Shown in pieces: positions 1 to 9,159 of a stretch of 38,954 nt of DNA. Source of the DNA: an uncultured Spirochaetaceae bacterium. Its GTDB lineage: Bacteria > Spirochaetota > Spirochaetia > DSM-27196 > PWMO01. The position numbers and the translations under genes were made by a program. Location of the stretch: assembly GCA_964402885.1 (NCBI GenBank), contig CAYOFA010000001.1, forward strand, positions 16,496 through 55,449. Direction: 5' to 3'. The stretch's first letter is position 1. The number at the start of each line of letters is the position of its first letter. The notes under the pieces were generated by a model that did not search any database, was not told the DNA's origin, and saw nothing but the letters and a program-made list of their open reading frames with translations.

Positions 1-2
1 CT

Positions 3-539
3 CATGCACGGAGCATCCTGCAGGAGGCAGGCAGCCGGGTCTCGGTTCTCGCCCGCATATATGAAAACATCTACCAGACGCAGGAGGTCGAGAGCGTTCA
101 CCTCGGACCGCTCGTGCAGCGAACGGTCTCCGACCTCCGGGCGAGCACCGCGCATACCTCGGTACGATTCGAGCTGTCTCTGGCCGATGTCGCCGTACCC
201 ACAAAGGTGAGCGTCGCGATAGCTCTCATCATCAATGAGCTCGTGACGAACGCCCTGAAGTACGCCTTCGAGGATACAGATGATCCCTGCATTCACATCC
301 GCGCCACCGCGGATGCGGCGGATGGTGGTGAGGGGCCCACGGGCGACAGCGTCGAGCTCGTGGTAGCGGATAACGGGGCCGGACTGCCGCAGGGCCTCGT
401 TGACGGAGAGTCCGGCGGGTACGGCACCCGGGTCGTGCAGGCCCTCGCCTGGCAACACAACGGAACGGTAACCTTCGAGAACAACGGGGGCGCCGTGGTG
501 CGTGTCCGGCTCTCGATCGCAGACGCACCGGGGCGTTGA
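3..539 (+). CDS. sensor histidine kinase, C-terminal fragment (5' end outside window)
   Basis: The frame is open from the window edge (HARSILQEAGSRVSVLARIYENIYQTQEV...). The listed ORF 114..539 is only the part from the first in-frame Met. A HisKA_2/HWE-like helix is followed by HATPase_c boxes: N box INELVTNALKYAF, G1 VADNGAGLP, G2 GGYGTRVV. Confidence 0.8.
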   Translation, partial: HARSILQEAGSRVSVLARIYENIYQTQEVESVHLGPLVQRTVSDLRASTAHTSVRFELSLADVAVPTKVSVAIALIINELVTNALKYAFEDTDDPCIHIRATADAADGGEGPTGDSVELVVADNGAGLPQGLVDGESGGYGTRVVQALAWQHNGTVTFENNGGAVVRVRLSIADAPGR

Positions 540-570
540 CCCTCAGCCCACCCGCCCGTACCTTTGGGCG

Positions 571-1323
571 ATGAACACCGACCAACTGAACCCCACCGAC
601 GACACCCCGACCATCCTCGATCCCACCGGGGTGGTCTTCGACTTCGACGGTACGATCGCCGATACACGCAGTAGCATCATCTCCACCTTCGAGGAAACCT
701 TCCGGCGGCTGGAGCTGCCCTACCCGGGAGAAGAGACCATCGCCGCGACGATCGGCATCCCCCTCCATATCTCTTTCCAGGTGGCCGCGGATATGAGCGA
801 GGCCGAGAGCGACGCAGCCACCGAGGTCTACCGCGAGGTCTTCAAAGACCGCGAGCTCGCGGATGTCCGCCTCTTCGACGGCATGCGTGAGGTTCTCGAC
901 GAGCTTTCCCGGCGCGGGATGCCCCTTGCAATCGCCTCGAGCCGCAGCCGCCGCTCGCTGTCACGCCTGATCGACTACCTCGGTTTGACGCACCACTTCG
1001 GCGTTGTTGCCGGCCGGGAGGATGCAACGCGGGAGAAACCCTACCCCGATCTCCTGCTCGGCGTGGCCCGTGCCCTCGGGATCGAGCCGCAGCACCTTCT
1101 CGTTGTCGGCGACACCACCTTCGATATCGAGATGGCCCACAACGCCGGGGCACTCAGCTGCGCCGTGCGGTACGGGAACCACTCCGCCGAGTCGCTTGCC
1201 GGGGTGAGCCCGACGGTGACCATCGACGCTCCCGTGCAGTTGCTGCAGCTGCTCCCGCCGGCGGGGGTCGAGCCCGCGAACGTCGAGAGCCGCCCGGCTG
1301 ACGGCCTTCGCTCCCGGTCCTGA
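571..1323 (+). CDS. HAD-superfamily hydrolase, phosphoglycolate-phosphatase-like
   Basis: HAD motif I is VVFDFDGTIADT, motif II is LAIASSRS, and motif IV is VVGDTTFDIEMAHNAG. I chose the ATG at 571 because the GTG at 502 would overlap the kinase by 38 nt. No clear SD is present, so the start is uncertain. Confidence 0.75.
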   Translation: MNTDQLNPTDDTPTILDPTGVVFDFDGTIADTRSSIISTFEETFRRLELPYPGEETIAATIGIPLHISFQVAADMSEAESDAATEVYREVFKDRELADVRLFDGMREVLDELSRRGMPLAIASSRSRRSLSRLIDYLGLTHHFGVVAGREDATREKPYPDLLLGVARALGIEPQHLLVVGDTTFDIEMAHNAGALSCAVRYGNHSAESLAGVSPTVTIDAPVQLLQLLPPAGVEPANVESRPADGLRSRS

Positions 1324-1351
1324 GAAAATTCGCAATTCTCTGACTTCGCAC

Positions 1352-1404
1352 AAAAAAGCCCGGCCTTCCCGATCACTCTTACAGTGACCGGGCGGTCGGG
1401 CTTA
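1352..1404 (-). terminator. intrinsic terminator downstream of opuAC
   Basis: Read on the minus strand the sequence is AAGCCCG-accg-CCCGGTCACT-gtaag-AGTGATCGGG-aagg-CCGGGCTT followed by TTTTTTG. It lies 35 nt after the opuAC stop, between convergent genes. Confidence 0.6.
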
Positions 1405-1438
1405 CGTTTCTCCTAAGCTGAATGCAGGCGCGCTGCGC

Positions 1439-2374
<936 letters not shown>

Positions 2375-2440
2375 AAAAAAACCTCCTCTTAGGTTTCCAG
2401 AAATTAAGGACTGGGTTCTAACACCGGCAGCAGCGGACCA

Positions 2441-3286
2441 TCATCCGGTCCTCTGCTTCTGGGTGATATGCTGAGTTATTCGGTCCAGCAACATGGCGAT
2501 GATGACGACCGCGAGACCCGCCTCGAAGCCCTGTCCGGGTCGCAGGCGCTGAATTGCACGCCAGACCTCACCACCGAGTCCGCCCGCGCCGATCATTGCC
2601 GCGATGACGACCATCGACAGCGCAAGCATGATGGTCTGGTTGACGCCGGCCATGATGGTCGGAAGAGCCAACGGCAGCTGCACCTTGAAGAGCTTCTGCA
2701 TGGTCGTGGTACCGAACGCTTCCGAAGCCTCGATCATCTCGGCATCGATCTGCCGTATCCCCAGGGCCGTCAGGCGTATTGCCGGCGGTATGGAGAAAAT
2801 GACCGTTGCAAAAGCCGCCGCCACCGGACCGAGGCCGAAAAACGGAATGGCCGGGATCAGATATACGAACGCCGGCATCGTCTGCATGAAGTCGAGAATA
2901 GGCTTCACGATAGCGTGAAATCGTTCACTGAGCCCCGCGACGATCCCCAGGGGGACGCCGAGCGCCACGGCTATTATCGTGGAGATGAGCACCAGCGCGA
3001 TCGTGGACAGGGTCGCGGACCACAGGTTGATGTTCCACACGAACAGCAGACCGATGAGCGCGAAGATGGCCACGCCGCGGGTTGCCAGTTTCCATGACAA
3101 CAGCGCAATCAGCACAACCAGGATGACCGGAGGAATCAGGCTGAGGCCGTCGACGATTCCTTCGATACCCAGCTCGACAATCTCCGAGAACGCCCGCGTA
3201 AGCGGTGATAGTACCGTCGTAAGCCAATCAAGGGCGGCCTCTATTCCGGCGCCCAATGGGATTCTGGGGAGACTAAACTCATACAT
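2441..3286 (-). CDS. opuAB: glycine betaine ABC transporter permease
   Basis: Polytopic membrane protein with an EAA-like loop (EASEAFGTTTMQKLFKVQLPLALP). The start MYEFSLPRIPLG at 3286 overlaps the opuAA stop (ATGTATGA). The longer listed ORF start at 3340 would lie inside opuAA. Confidence 0.85.
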   Translation of the reverse strand: MYEFSLPRIPLGAGIEAALDWLTTVLSPLTRAFSEIVELGIEGIVDGLSLIPPVILVVLIALLSWKLATRGVAIFALIGLLFVWNINLWSATLSTIALVLISTIIAVALGVPLGIVAGLSERFHAIVKPILDFMQTMPAFVYLIPAIPFFGLGPVAAAFATVIFSIPPAIRLTALGIRQIDAEMIEASEAFGTTTMQKLFKVQLPLALPTIMAGVNQTIMLALSMVVIAAMIGAGGLGGEVWRAIQRLRPGQGFEAGLAVVIIAMLLDRITQHITQKQRTG

Positions 3287-4523
3287 TCGCTTCCGCTCCT
3301 TCTGCAACCTCGTGCTCCCCGCCCTCGGAGAGCGCGGCAAGCACGGATCCTCGCACGATTACGCCTTTGAGGATGTTGTCCTCATCCACCACGGCCACGG
3401 GATTGCCCGAGACGAGGTTGAACACCTGCCGAACCGGATAGTCCAGCGGCACGCTCGAAACCTCGTCAGCCTTGGTGATGTGCTCGATCCACTTATCGCC
3501 GTGCTTCGCCGCCTCCGACGCGCGGTCGGCGGTAACGTGGCCGACGAGCTCGTGATTCGCCCGTACAACGAAAATGCCCGAGAGTCCGGCCTCTTTCATC
3601 TTGCGCAGCGCAAGTCTCGGGCCGTCCTTCACGAACGCAACGGGCGACGGACGCTTCATGACGTCCTGTGCGGTGAGCACCTTCGTGATATCAACGTTCT
3701 CAACGAAACGGGCCACGTACTCATTGGCGGGCGTGGAGAGGATCTCCTCTGCCGTGCCGATCTGCACCACCCCACCGTCCTTCATGAGCACGATGCGGTC
3801 GCCCATCTTGAGCGCCTCGTCGAGGTCATGCGTGATGAACATGATGGTCTTCTTCACGCGACTCTCGAGCGCGAGCAACTCGTCCTGCATGTCCGTGCGG
3901 ATCAGCGGGTCGAGCGCGCTGAACGCCTCGTCCATGAGCAGAATGTCGGGATCGACTGCGAGCGCCCGGGCGAGGCCCACACGCTGCTTCATGCCGCCCG
4001 AGAGATTCTTCGGCAGATAATCACCCCAGCCGCCGAGTCCGACCTGCTGAAGCGCCGCCTCCGACTTTTCCCGACGTTCGGCCGGATCGACGTTCTGTAC
4101 GTCGAGACCGAACTCCACATTCTCGTAGACCGTCATGTGGGGGAACAGGGCGAAGCTCTGGAATACCATTCCGAACTTCGTTCGCCGCAGGTCCCGCAGC
4201 TCGTCGTGGCTGAGTGAGGTGACATCGATATCGTCAACGAGCACCTTGCCCGCCGTCGGCTCGATCAGCCGGTTCACGCACCGCAGAAGCGTGGACTTAC
4301 CGCTTCCCGACAACCCCATGACAACGACCGTTTCACCCTCATAGATGTCGAAGGACGCGTCGGCAACACCAACGGCGAGCTTCGATTCACTCAGAATCTC
4401 GTCCTTGGTCTTGCCCTGGCGGATCATGTCGATCGCACGCTCGGGGTGCCGCCCGAAGACTTTCGACACATTCTCGATGTGGATCTTGACTTTCGGTTCT
4501 TCCGTCTGCTCTGTGTCTGCCAT
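3279..4523 (-). CDS. opuAA: glycine betaine ABC transporter ATP-binding protein with C-terminal tandem CBS domains
   Basis: Walker A GLSGSGKST, ABC signature LSGGMKQRVGLARAL, Walker B ILLMDEAFSALD. A roughly 130-aa C-terminal CBS-pair-like extension is typical of OpuAA/ProV. Confidence 0.9.
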   Translation of the reverse strand: MADTEQTEEPKVKIHIENVSKVFGRHPERAIDMIRQGKTKDEILSESKLAVGVADASFDIYEGETVVVMGLSGSGKSTLLRCVNRLIEPTAGKVLVDDIDVTSLSHDELRDLRRTKFGMVFQSFALFPHMTVYENVEFGLDVQNVDPAERREKSEAALQQVGLGGWGDYLPKNLSGGMKQRVGLARALAVDPDILLMDEAFSALDPLIRTDMQDELLALESRVKKTIMFITHDLDEALKMGDRIVLMKDGGVVQIGTAEEILSTPANEYVARFVENVDITKVLTAQDVMKRPSPVAFVKDGPRLALRKMKEAGLSGIFVVRANHELVGHVTADRASEAAKHGDKWIEHITKADEVSSVPLDYPVRQVFNLVSGNPVAVVDEDNILKGVIVRGSVLAALSEGGEHEVAEGAEANV

Positions 4524-4554
4524 TCCTGCCTACCACCTAAAAATCTTAAACTTC

Positions 4555-4567
4555 GTGGGTCACCCAC
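4555..4567. promoter_or_regulatory. perfect 6-1-6 palindrome GTGGGT-C-ACCCAC in the opuAA leader
   Basis: Seen directly in the sequence, 32 nt upstream of the opuAA ATG and downstream of the predicted promoter. It could be an operator or an RNA hairpin. Its function is unknown. Confidence 0.3.
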
Positions 4568-4594
4568 AGGGTCGAATCAATCTATAGCTAATTT

Positions 4595-4624
4595 AATCTA
4601 CCGGGGTTACAGTAGCTGTGTCAA
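4595..4624 (-). promoter_or_regulatory. sigma-70-like promoter for opuAA-AB-AC
   Basis: On the minus strand the sequence reads TTGACA-18 nt-TAGATT, preceded by an AT-rich tract (aatatttaatactattgaatt). It lies about 70 nt upstream of the opuAA start. Confidence 0.4.
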
Positions 4625-4874
4625 GCAATTCAATAGTATTAAATATTTCCGTAGCGAGAACACGCGGGGCACAGCTCCGACCGCGGGACCGGGGTTTCTC
4701 ATCCCGAATCGGGGAAAACCATGCCATATAGCTCGTTGAAGGGGCCGACTTACCCTATCCGGGTACCGTCATAACCGAATTTCGAAAAACATCGTAAAGC
4801 GAATTGATCTTTTCGATAGCATACAATATTTTAGTGTAGGAATTACGGAGACCCGAGGAGATTCGCGAAATACC

Positions 4875-5390
4875 ATGAACGGTGACGGCCTGAGCCAGGA
4901 AGTACTCTCGACTCTGCGAAAAATCATTCGCGCCATAGATCTGCACTCGAAGCAGCTCTCGAAGAATTTCGGTCTCACCGGACCGCAGCTTCTGCTGATT
5001 CGCGAGATCGCCTCAGAGCCGGACATATCGGTCGGGCACCTCGCGAAGCGAGTCAGCCTGAGCCAGGCAACCGTAACGAGCATCGTCGATCGTCTCGAAT
5101 CGAGGAACCTCGCCAAACGGATCCGCAGCTCCACGGACAAGCGCAAGGTGTCCCTGGAAATAACGGATAAGGCCCGGGAGATCCTGGCGGCCAACCCCAC
5201 GTTCCTGCAGGAAGAGTTCATCGGAAACTTCGAACGCCTCGAGAAGTGGGAACAGCTCCTCATTCTTTCCTCGCTGCAACGGGTTGCGAGCATGATGAAT
5301 GCCGAGGGACTGGCCACCGGCCCGGTACTCTCGAGCGAGCCGTTTCCCAACGAGCAGGCGGAGACCGCGACCGGTCACAACCACAACTGA
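4875..5390 (+). CDS. MarR-family transcriptional regulator
   Basis: Winged-helix core: LTGPQLLLIREIASEPDISVGHLAKRVSLSQATVTSIVDRLESRNLAKRIRSSTDKRKVSLEITDKAREIL. The gene is divergent from the opuA operon. Confidence 0.85.
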   Translation: MNGDGLSQEVLSTLRKIIRAIDLHSKQLSKNFGLTGPQLLLIREIASEPDISVGHLAKRVSLSQATVTSIVDRLESRNLAKRIRSSTDKRKVSLEITDKAREILAANPTFLQEEFIGNFERLEKWEQLLILSSLQRVASMMNAEGLATGPVLSSEPFPNEQAETATGHNHN

Positions 5391-5525
5391 TCCTGCGCTC
5401 CCCAGCCCCTCCCCACCGTCGCTCCCGCCTACCGCCCCCCCGGTTGCCGACTCGAGCACGTATTGGCCCGGTCGGTGAATCTGTGGTACACATGTAGCGA
5501 ACAGATCACCAGATGGGGGATTCTC

Positions 5526-6143
5526 GTGCAGATCGTGTGTCTTGACCTTGAGGGAGTGCTCGTGCCGGAGGTGTGGATCGCGGTAGCGGAGCGCTTCGAG
5601 GTTGCCGAGCTGCGACTCACCACCCGTGACGTGTCGGATTACGACGAGCTCATGGAACATCGTATCCGTACGCTCCGCAGCGAGGGCATCACCCTGACCG
5701 ACATACAGGAGACGATCGGCGGACTCGCGCCGCTCGAGGGAGCCAGGGAGTTTCTCGACACGCTGCGCGAGAACACACAGGTCATCATTCTCTCCGATAC
5801 CTTCGAGCAATTCGCCTCCCCGCTCATGAAGCAGCTCGGCCGACCGACGATCTTCTGCAACGAGCTGTTCGCCGACGACGAGGGCTATGTCAGCCATTAC
5901 CGCCTGAGGCAGGCCGACGGGAAACGCCGGGCGGTTCTTGCTCTTCACTCCATAGGATTCGATGTCACCGCCGTGGGTGACAGCTACAACGATCTCACCA
6001 TGATCCAGGCAGCCGACTTCGGCGCGCTGTTTCGCCCGCCGAAGTCCATCACCGAGGAGTACCCGACACTCCCGAGTTTCAAAGATTATGACGGTCTTCT
6101 GGGATTCCTCCTCGCCGACACTCGCGCAGACCGTACACTGTGA
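5526..6143 (+). CDS. thrH: phosphoserine phosphatase / homoserine phosphotransferase ThrH-like (HAD family)
   Basis: VQIVCLDLEGVLVPEVWIAVAE...TTRDVSDYDELM...VIILSDTF...AVGDSYNDLTM closely tracks Pseudomonas aeruginosa ThrH as I recall it (MEIACLDLEGVLVPEIWIAFAE...). The GTG at 5526 is preceded by GGGGA and gives 205 aa. Confidence 0.8.
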   Translation: MQIVCLDLEGVLVPEVWIAVAERFEVAELRLTTRDVSDYDELMEHRIRTLRSEGITLTDIQETIGGLAPLEGAREFLDTLRENTQVIILSDTFEQFASPLMKQLGRPTIFCNELFADDEGYVSHYRLRQADGKRRAVLALHSIGFDVTAVGDSYNDLTMIQAADFGALFRPPKSITEEYPTLPSFKDYDGLLGFLLADTRADRTL

Positions 6144-7006
6144 CAGTCCCCCCGGGATCAGTATCAGCTGATCTTCGACGGACCCGCGGCGACATCCTCG
6201 TGGTCGAAGATAACCGCATCAACAGCGTCGTCACCCGCCGGCTCGTCGCCCGCGCAGGGTTCGTCGCCGACGCCGCCTACAGCGGCACCGAAGCGATCGA
6301 CCGCCTTTCCGAGCACCCCTACCGCCTCGTCCTGATGGACCTCCAGCTCCCGGACATGACCGGGGTCGAGACCGCCCGTGCGATTCGGAAGGACGGCTCG
6401 CCGGTGAAGGACCGGAGCGTGCCCATCGTCGCAGTGACGGCGTACGCCGATGCCAAGGACCGGGATGCGTGCAGTGCGGTCGGAATCGATAGCGTGGTGG
6501 AGAAGCCGATAGACGACGCCACGCTCGGGGAGGTGCTGCGTCGATATGTCGCGCCCCCGGAGGCCGCACCGGAGGCCGCGACCCCGGCCGGCGCGGGCGG
6601 CCGCGGCGGCGGCCGTAGCCCCGCAGGCGGCGGCGGGACCGCCTTCGACCCCGCCGAGCTCGAAGCGCGCCTCGGCTCCGGGAAGCTCGCACGAACCGTC
6701 GTCTCGCGCTTCTTCGGCATCATCGACGAACGACACGCCGCAGTGAAAGCGGCCCTCGCCTCGGGCGACGCCGCGGCCATCCGGACGGCGGCACACAGCC
6801 TCGCCGGCCCCGCCGCAAACAGCGGCGCGCAGGCCCTGCATGCGCTGCTCAAGCGGATGGAAGCCGCGGCGGCGGCAGTTCCCGCAGCGGTGCCGGACGC
6901 GGAGACGGCCAAATCGGAGGCGGCTTCGGTTATACGCGAATGCGCCGAGCAGCTGGACACCGAGGTGGAGCGCGCCCGCGAGGCGCTCGAGGAATACGTG
7001 GGCTGA
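6140..7006 (+). CDS. response-regulator receiver domain fused to a C-terminal Hpt phosphotransfer domain
   Basis: REC domain: ILVVEDN...LVLMDLQLPDMTG...VAVTAYA...EKP. An Ala/Gly/Pro-rich linker follows. Hpt-like segment: AAHSLAGPAANSGAQALHALLKRME. The GTG start overlaps the thrH stop (GTGA). Confidence 0.8.
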   Translation: MTVPPGSVSADLRRTRGDILVVEDNRINSVVTRRLVARAGFVADAAYSGTEAIDRLSEHPYRLVLMDLQLPDMTGVETARAIRKDGSPVKDRSVPIVAVTAYADAKDRDACSAVGIDSVVEKPIDDATLGEVLRRYVAPPEAAPEAATPAGAGGRGGGRSPAGGGGTAFDPAELEARLGSGKLARTVVSRFFGIIDERHAAVKAALASGDAAAIRTAAHSLAGPAANSGAQALHALLKRMEAAAAAVPAAVPDAETAKSEAASVIRECAEQLDTEVERAREALEEYVG

Positions 7007-7098
7007 GCCTGTGGCCCGGCGACGCCCGCCGGTGCCGCCCGCCGGGGGCGCGAGGTGCACGGCGGGCGATGGCGGGTGCGCCCCAACGCCGCCGCCGC

Positions 7099-9150
7099 TC
7101 AGCCGGCGAGCGCCTCACTGAGGATGTGACGGGTGATGGCGTACAGCGGCGGGATGCCCTCGGTCGCCGCGAGCGGCGCGGAGAGTGTCGCCGTATGCTC
7201 GAGGGGCAGGTCCGAAACGTAGTAGAAGAGCCGCGATCGGATGTCGTGCGGAATGACACCGAGCTGGGCGGCCTCGACCACCTGCAGATAGTAGTGTATC
7301 CCCTCCATCTCGATGCCGAGGCATCCCCAGATGTGCCGATAGAAGCGCAGCATCCGACGGTTCTGCAGCAGAGTCCCGTCGACCGTGAGCAGGGGCCCCG
7401 TGTGTACCTGATGCCCGGGAATACGGGCTGCCAATCGCTCGCGGGCCGCCTCATCGGGGGCCGGGAGTGGCTGAAAGGTGTCGGTGGTCTGCCCCACGAA
7501 GGCGTCCGGCGCAAGCACATCACCACGCGCGCCGGTGAGCGCGCCGGCCTTCCCCAGGAAATTGATGCTCTCCAGATTGTGGCCGAAGAGCATCAGCAGG
7601 TTCTTTATGATGTGGCGCGCCTGCTCGCCGAAGGCATAGTCGATGTTTACGATGAGGTCCCGCGAACCGCGAGCGACCGAAATCCCCGGATCCACCGTGT
7701 GTTCATGCAGACGAGAGACATCGATCAGCTGCACCTGCACCCCGGTCGAGGCAGTCTCCTCGAGACGCAGCACACCGCATCCCTCCTCGGCGGCGCGGCT
7801 CGCCTCCGCCTCCTCCGGGAAGGCCGCGAAGTAGTCCCTCGCGAGCGCGTAGAGGCGGTCGTAGGGGTGCTCCCACTCGAGGTCCATATACGGATGGCCC
7901 GTGCGGCGGGCCCACTCGCAGACCTCATCCATATGTGCGGGGAACCACGGGTTGAGACAGTTGGTCACCGAATGGGTATTGCTGCTGATGATGTGGACGC
8001 GCACGTCCGCCGGAAGTGCCGAGGGCTGATACCCGATGAGCCGCTCAGTCGCGTTTCCCACCTGATCGGTCCACAGCTCGAGGCTGCGGCTGTTGTAGTT
8101 GTTACGCTGCCGCCGCACATCGATGCTGAACATCTCCCGATGACAGGCGATCTCGTAGAGGGTCTTCACGGTCCGTCCCGGCCACACCGATTCGAGCCCG
8201 TCGACCTCCGAGTCGGCGAAACCGAGGCGCTGCAGCAGCCCGCGTCGTGCCGAGGCGGAGTGGCTCTCGGGCTGCTCGAGGTAGTCGCGGATACGGGACA
8301 ATGCGTCCGGCGTCTTGACCCTGCTGCGGATCTTCCCCGCCTCCACGGCGTAGAGGCAGAGATTGGTGATGAGATCCATCAGATCGGAGAGGCCGTTCCT
8401 GAGAAGCACCATCACCTTGCCCGGGAGCATCTCCCAGACGTCGCGACGCCGCGCCGGTGTGCGAACCTCGGGGAAGAAGCGCCCCGGATTCCGGTAGGTT
8501 TCGGGTATCTCGTCGATGAGCAGGAAGGCGAAGGTGCGCGTCACGTTCTCCGGGAGTCGTCTGACGGCATAGCTCAGCCCGCCGAAGTCGATCTCGGTTT
8601 CCGAGCGGACCAGAGGATGCAGGGCCGGCTCGAGCTCGAGGTAGTAGGGAAGCAGGCGGTCCATGCTGACATAGCCCTGGTTGACCGCGCGGATGAGCTC
8701 CACCTTGAACCGGTCGAAGGCCTCGAAAATGCCGTGCTTGTCCCGAAGGATCGTGCCGAGGGCCTGGGCGAACGCCCGGGATTCCCCGAGCAGACCGAGA
8801 AACCGGTCGCCCGGCACGACGTAGCAGCAGGCCGGCTCCACCGCCCGCACGGAAGAGCGGCGCGGCTCCCTGAACAGCGATTCCCGCTCTCCGAAATAGT
8901 GCCCCGACTCGATGACGCCGACGCGGCCCGCGGAACCGTCGGCCTCGTCGCGGGTCTCCACCGTACCCTCGGCGAGGATGAAGACCGAATCGTCCTCCTC
9001 ATCCCCCTGCTCGACGATGAGCTCGCCCACCCTGTAATCGCGCTGCGTCACATGACGTGCGAGCTCGCGCTTCTCCGACTGGGTGAGAAACCGGAATGGG
9101 ATGACCCGCTCGAAGACCGTGATGGCGCGCTCGATGTCGAGTGTTGACAT
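7099..9150 (-). CDS. cyclic-nucleotide-binding domain protein with C-terminal AMP-nucleosidase/PNP_UDP_1-like domain
   Basis: N-terminal cNMP-binding cassette: GHYFGERESLFREPRRSSVRAVEP. The C-terminal 200 aa align by eye to the E. coli Amn catalytic domain. The matching segments are IVNIDYAFGEQARH, FLGKAGALTGARGDVLAPDAFV, TGPLLTVDGTLLQNR, GIEMEG and YVSDLPLEH. Confidence 0.75.
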   Translation of the reverse strand: MSTLDIERAITVFERVIPFRFLTQSEKRELARHVTQRDYRVGELIVEQGDEEDDSVFILAEGTVETRDEADGSAGRVGVIESGHYFGERESLFREPRRSSVRAVEPACCYVVPGDRFLGLLGESRAFAQALGTILRDKHGIFEAFDRFKVELIRAVNQGYVSMDRLLPYYLELEPALHPLVRSETEIDFGGLSYAVRRLPENVTRTFAFLLIDEIPETYRNPGRFFPEVRTPARRRDVWEMLPGKVMVLLRNGLSDLMDLITNLCLYAVEAGKIRSRVKTPDALSRIRDYLEQPESHSASARRGLLQRLGFADSEVDGLESVWPGRTVKTLYEIACHREMFSIDVRRQRNNYNSRSLELWTDQVGNATERLIGYQPSALPADVRVHIISSNTHSVTNCLNPWFPAHMDEVCEWARRTGHPYMDLEWEHPYDRLYALARDYFAAFPEEAEASRAAEEGCGVLRLEETASTGVQVQLIDVSRLHEHTVDPGISVARGSRDLIVNIDYAFGEQARHIIKNLLMLFGHNLESINFLGKAGALTGARGDVLAPDAFVGQTTDTFQPLPAPDEAARERLAARIPGHQVHTGPLLTVDGTLLQNRRMLRFYRHIWGCLGIEMEGIHYYLQVVEAAQLGVIPHDIRSRLFYYVSDLPLEHTATLSAPLAATEGIPPLYAITRHILSEALAG

Positions 9151-9159
9151 GCGTCCAAC

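Noticed and set aside
4568-4580. GGGTCGAATC as a tRNA T-loop remnant in the opuA leader.
   Set aside because: No flanking T-stem, acceptor or anticodon arms can be folded.
5013-5948. A 311-aa minus-strand ORF spanning marR and thrH.
   Set aside because: It is antisense to two genes with clear homology, and its product has no motifs.
6940-9147. A 735-aa ORF on the plus strand opposite the cNMP/nucleosidase gene. Similar long antisense ORFs occur at 10079..12358, 30836..32974, 23513..25333, 22162..23547, 15790..17121, 2979..4217 and 18711..20312.
   Set aside because: Their translations are Arg/Gly/His/Leu-rich with no recognisable motifs. Each lies exactly opposite a gene with strong family signatures. 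These are typical stop-codon-poor shadow frames of GC-rich DNA.
6140-9150. A Detocs-like reading, based on two-component parts lying next to a PNP-domain effector.
   Set aside because: The PNP-like protein has a cNMP-binding domain rather than a receiver domain. The REC-Hpt gene is convergent and coupled to thrH. No dedicated kinase/buffer/effector triad is present.
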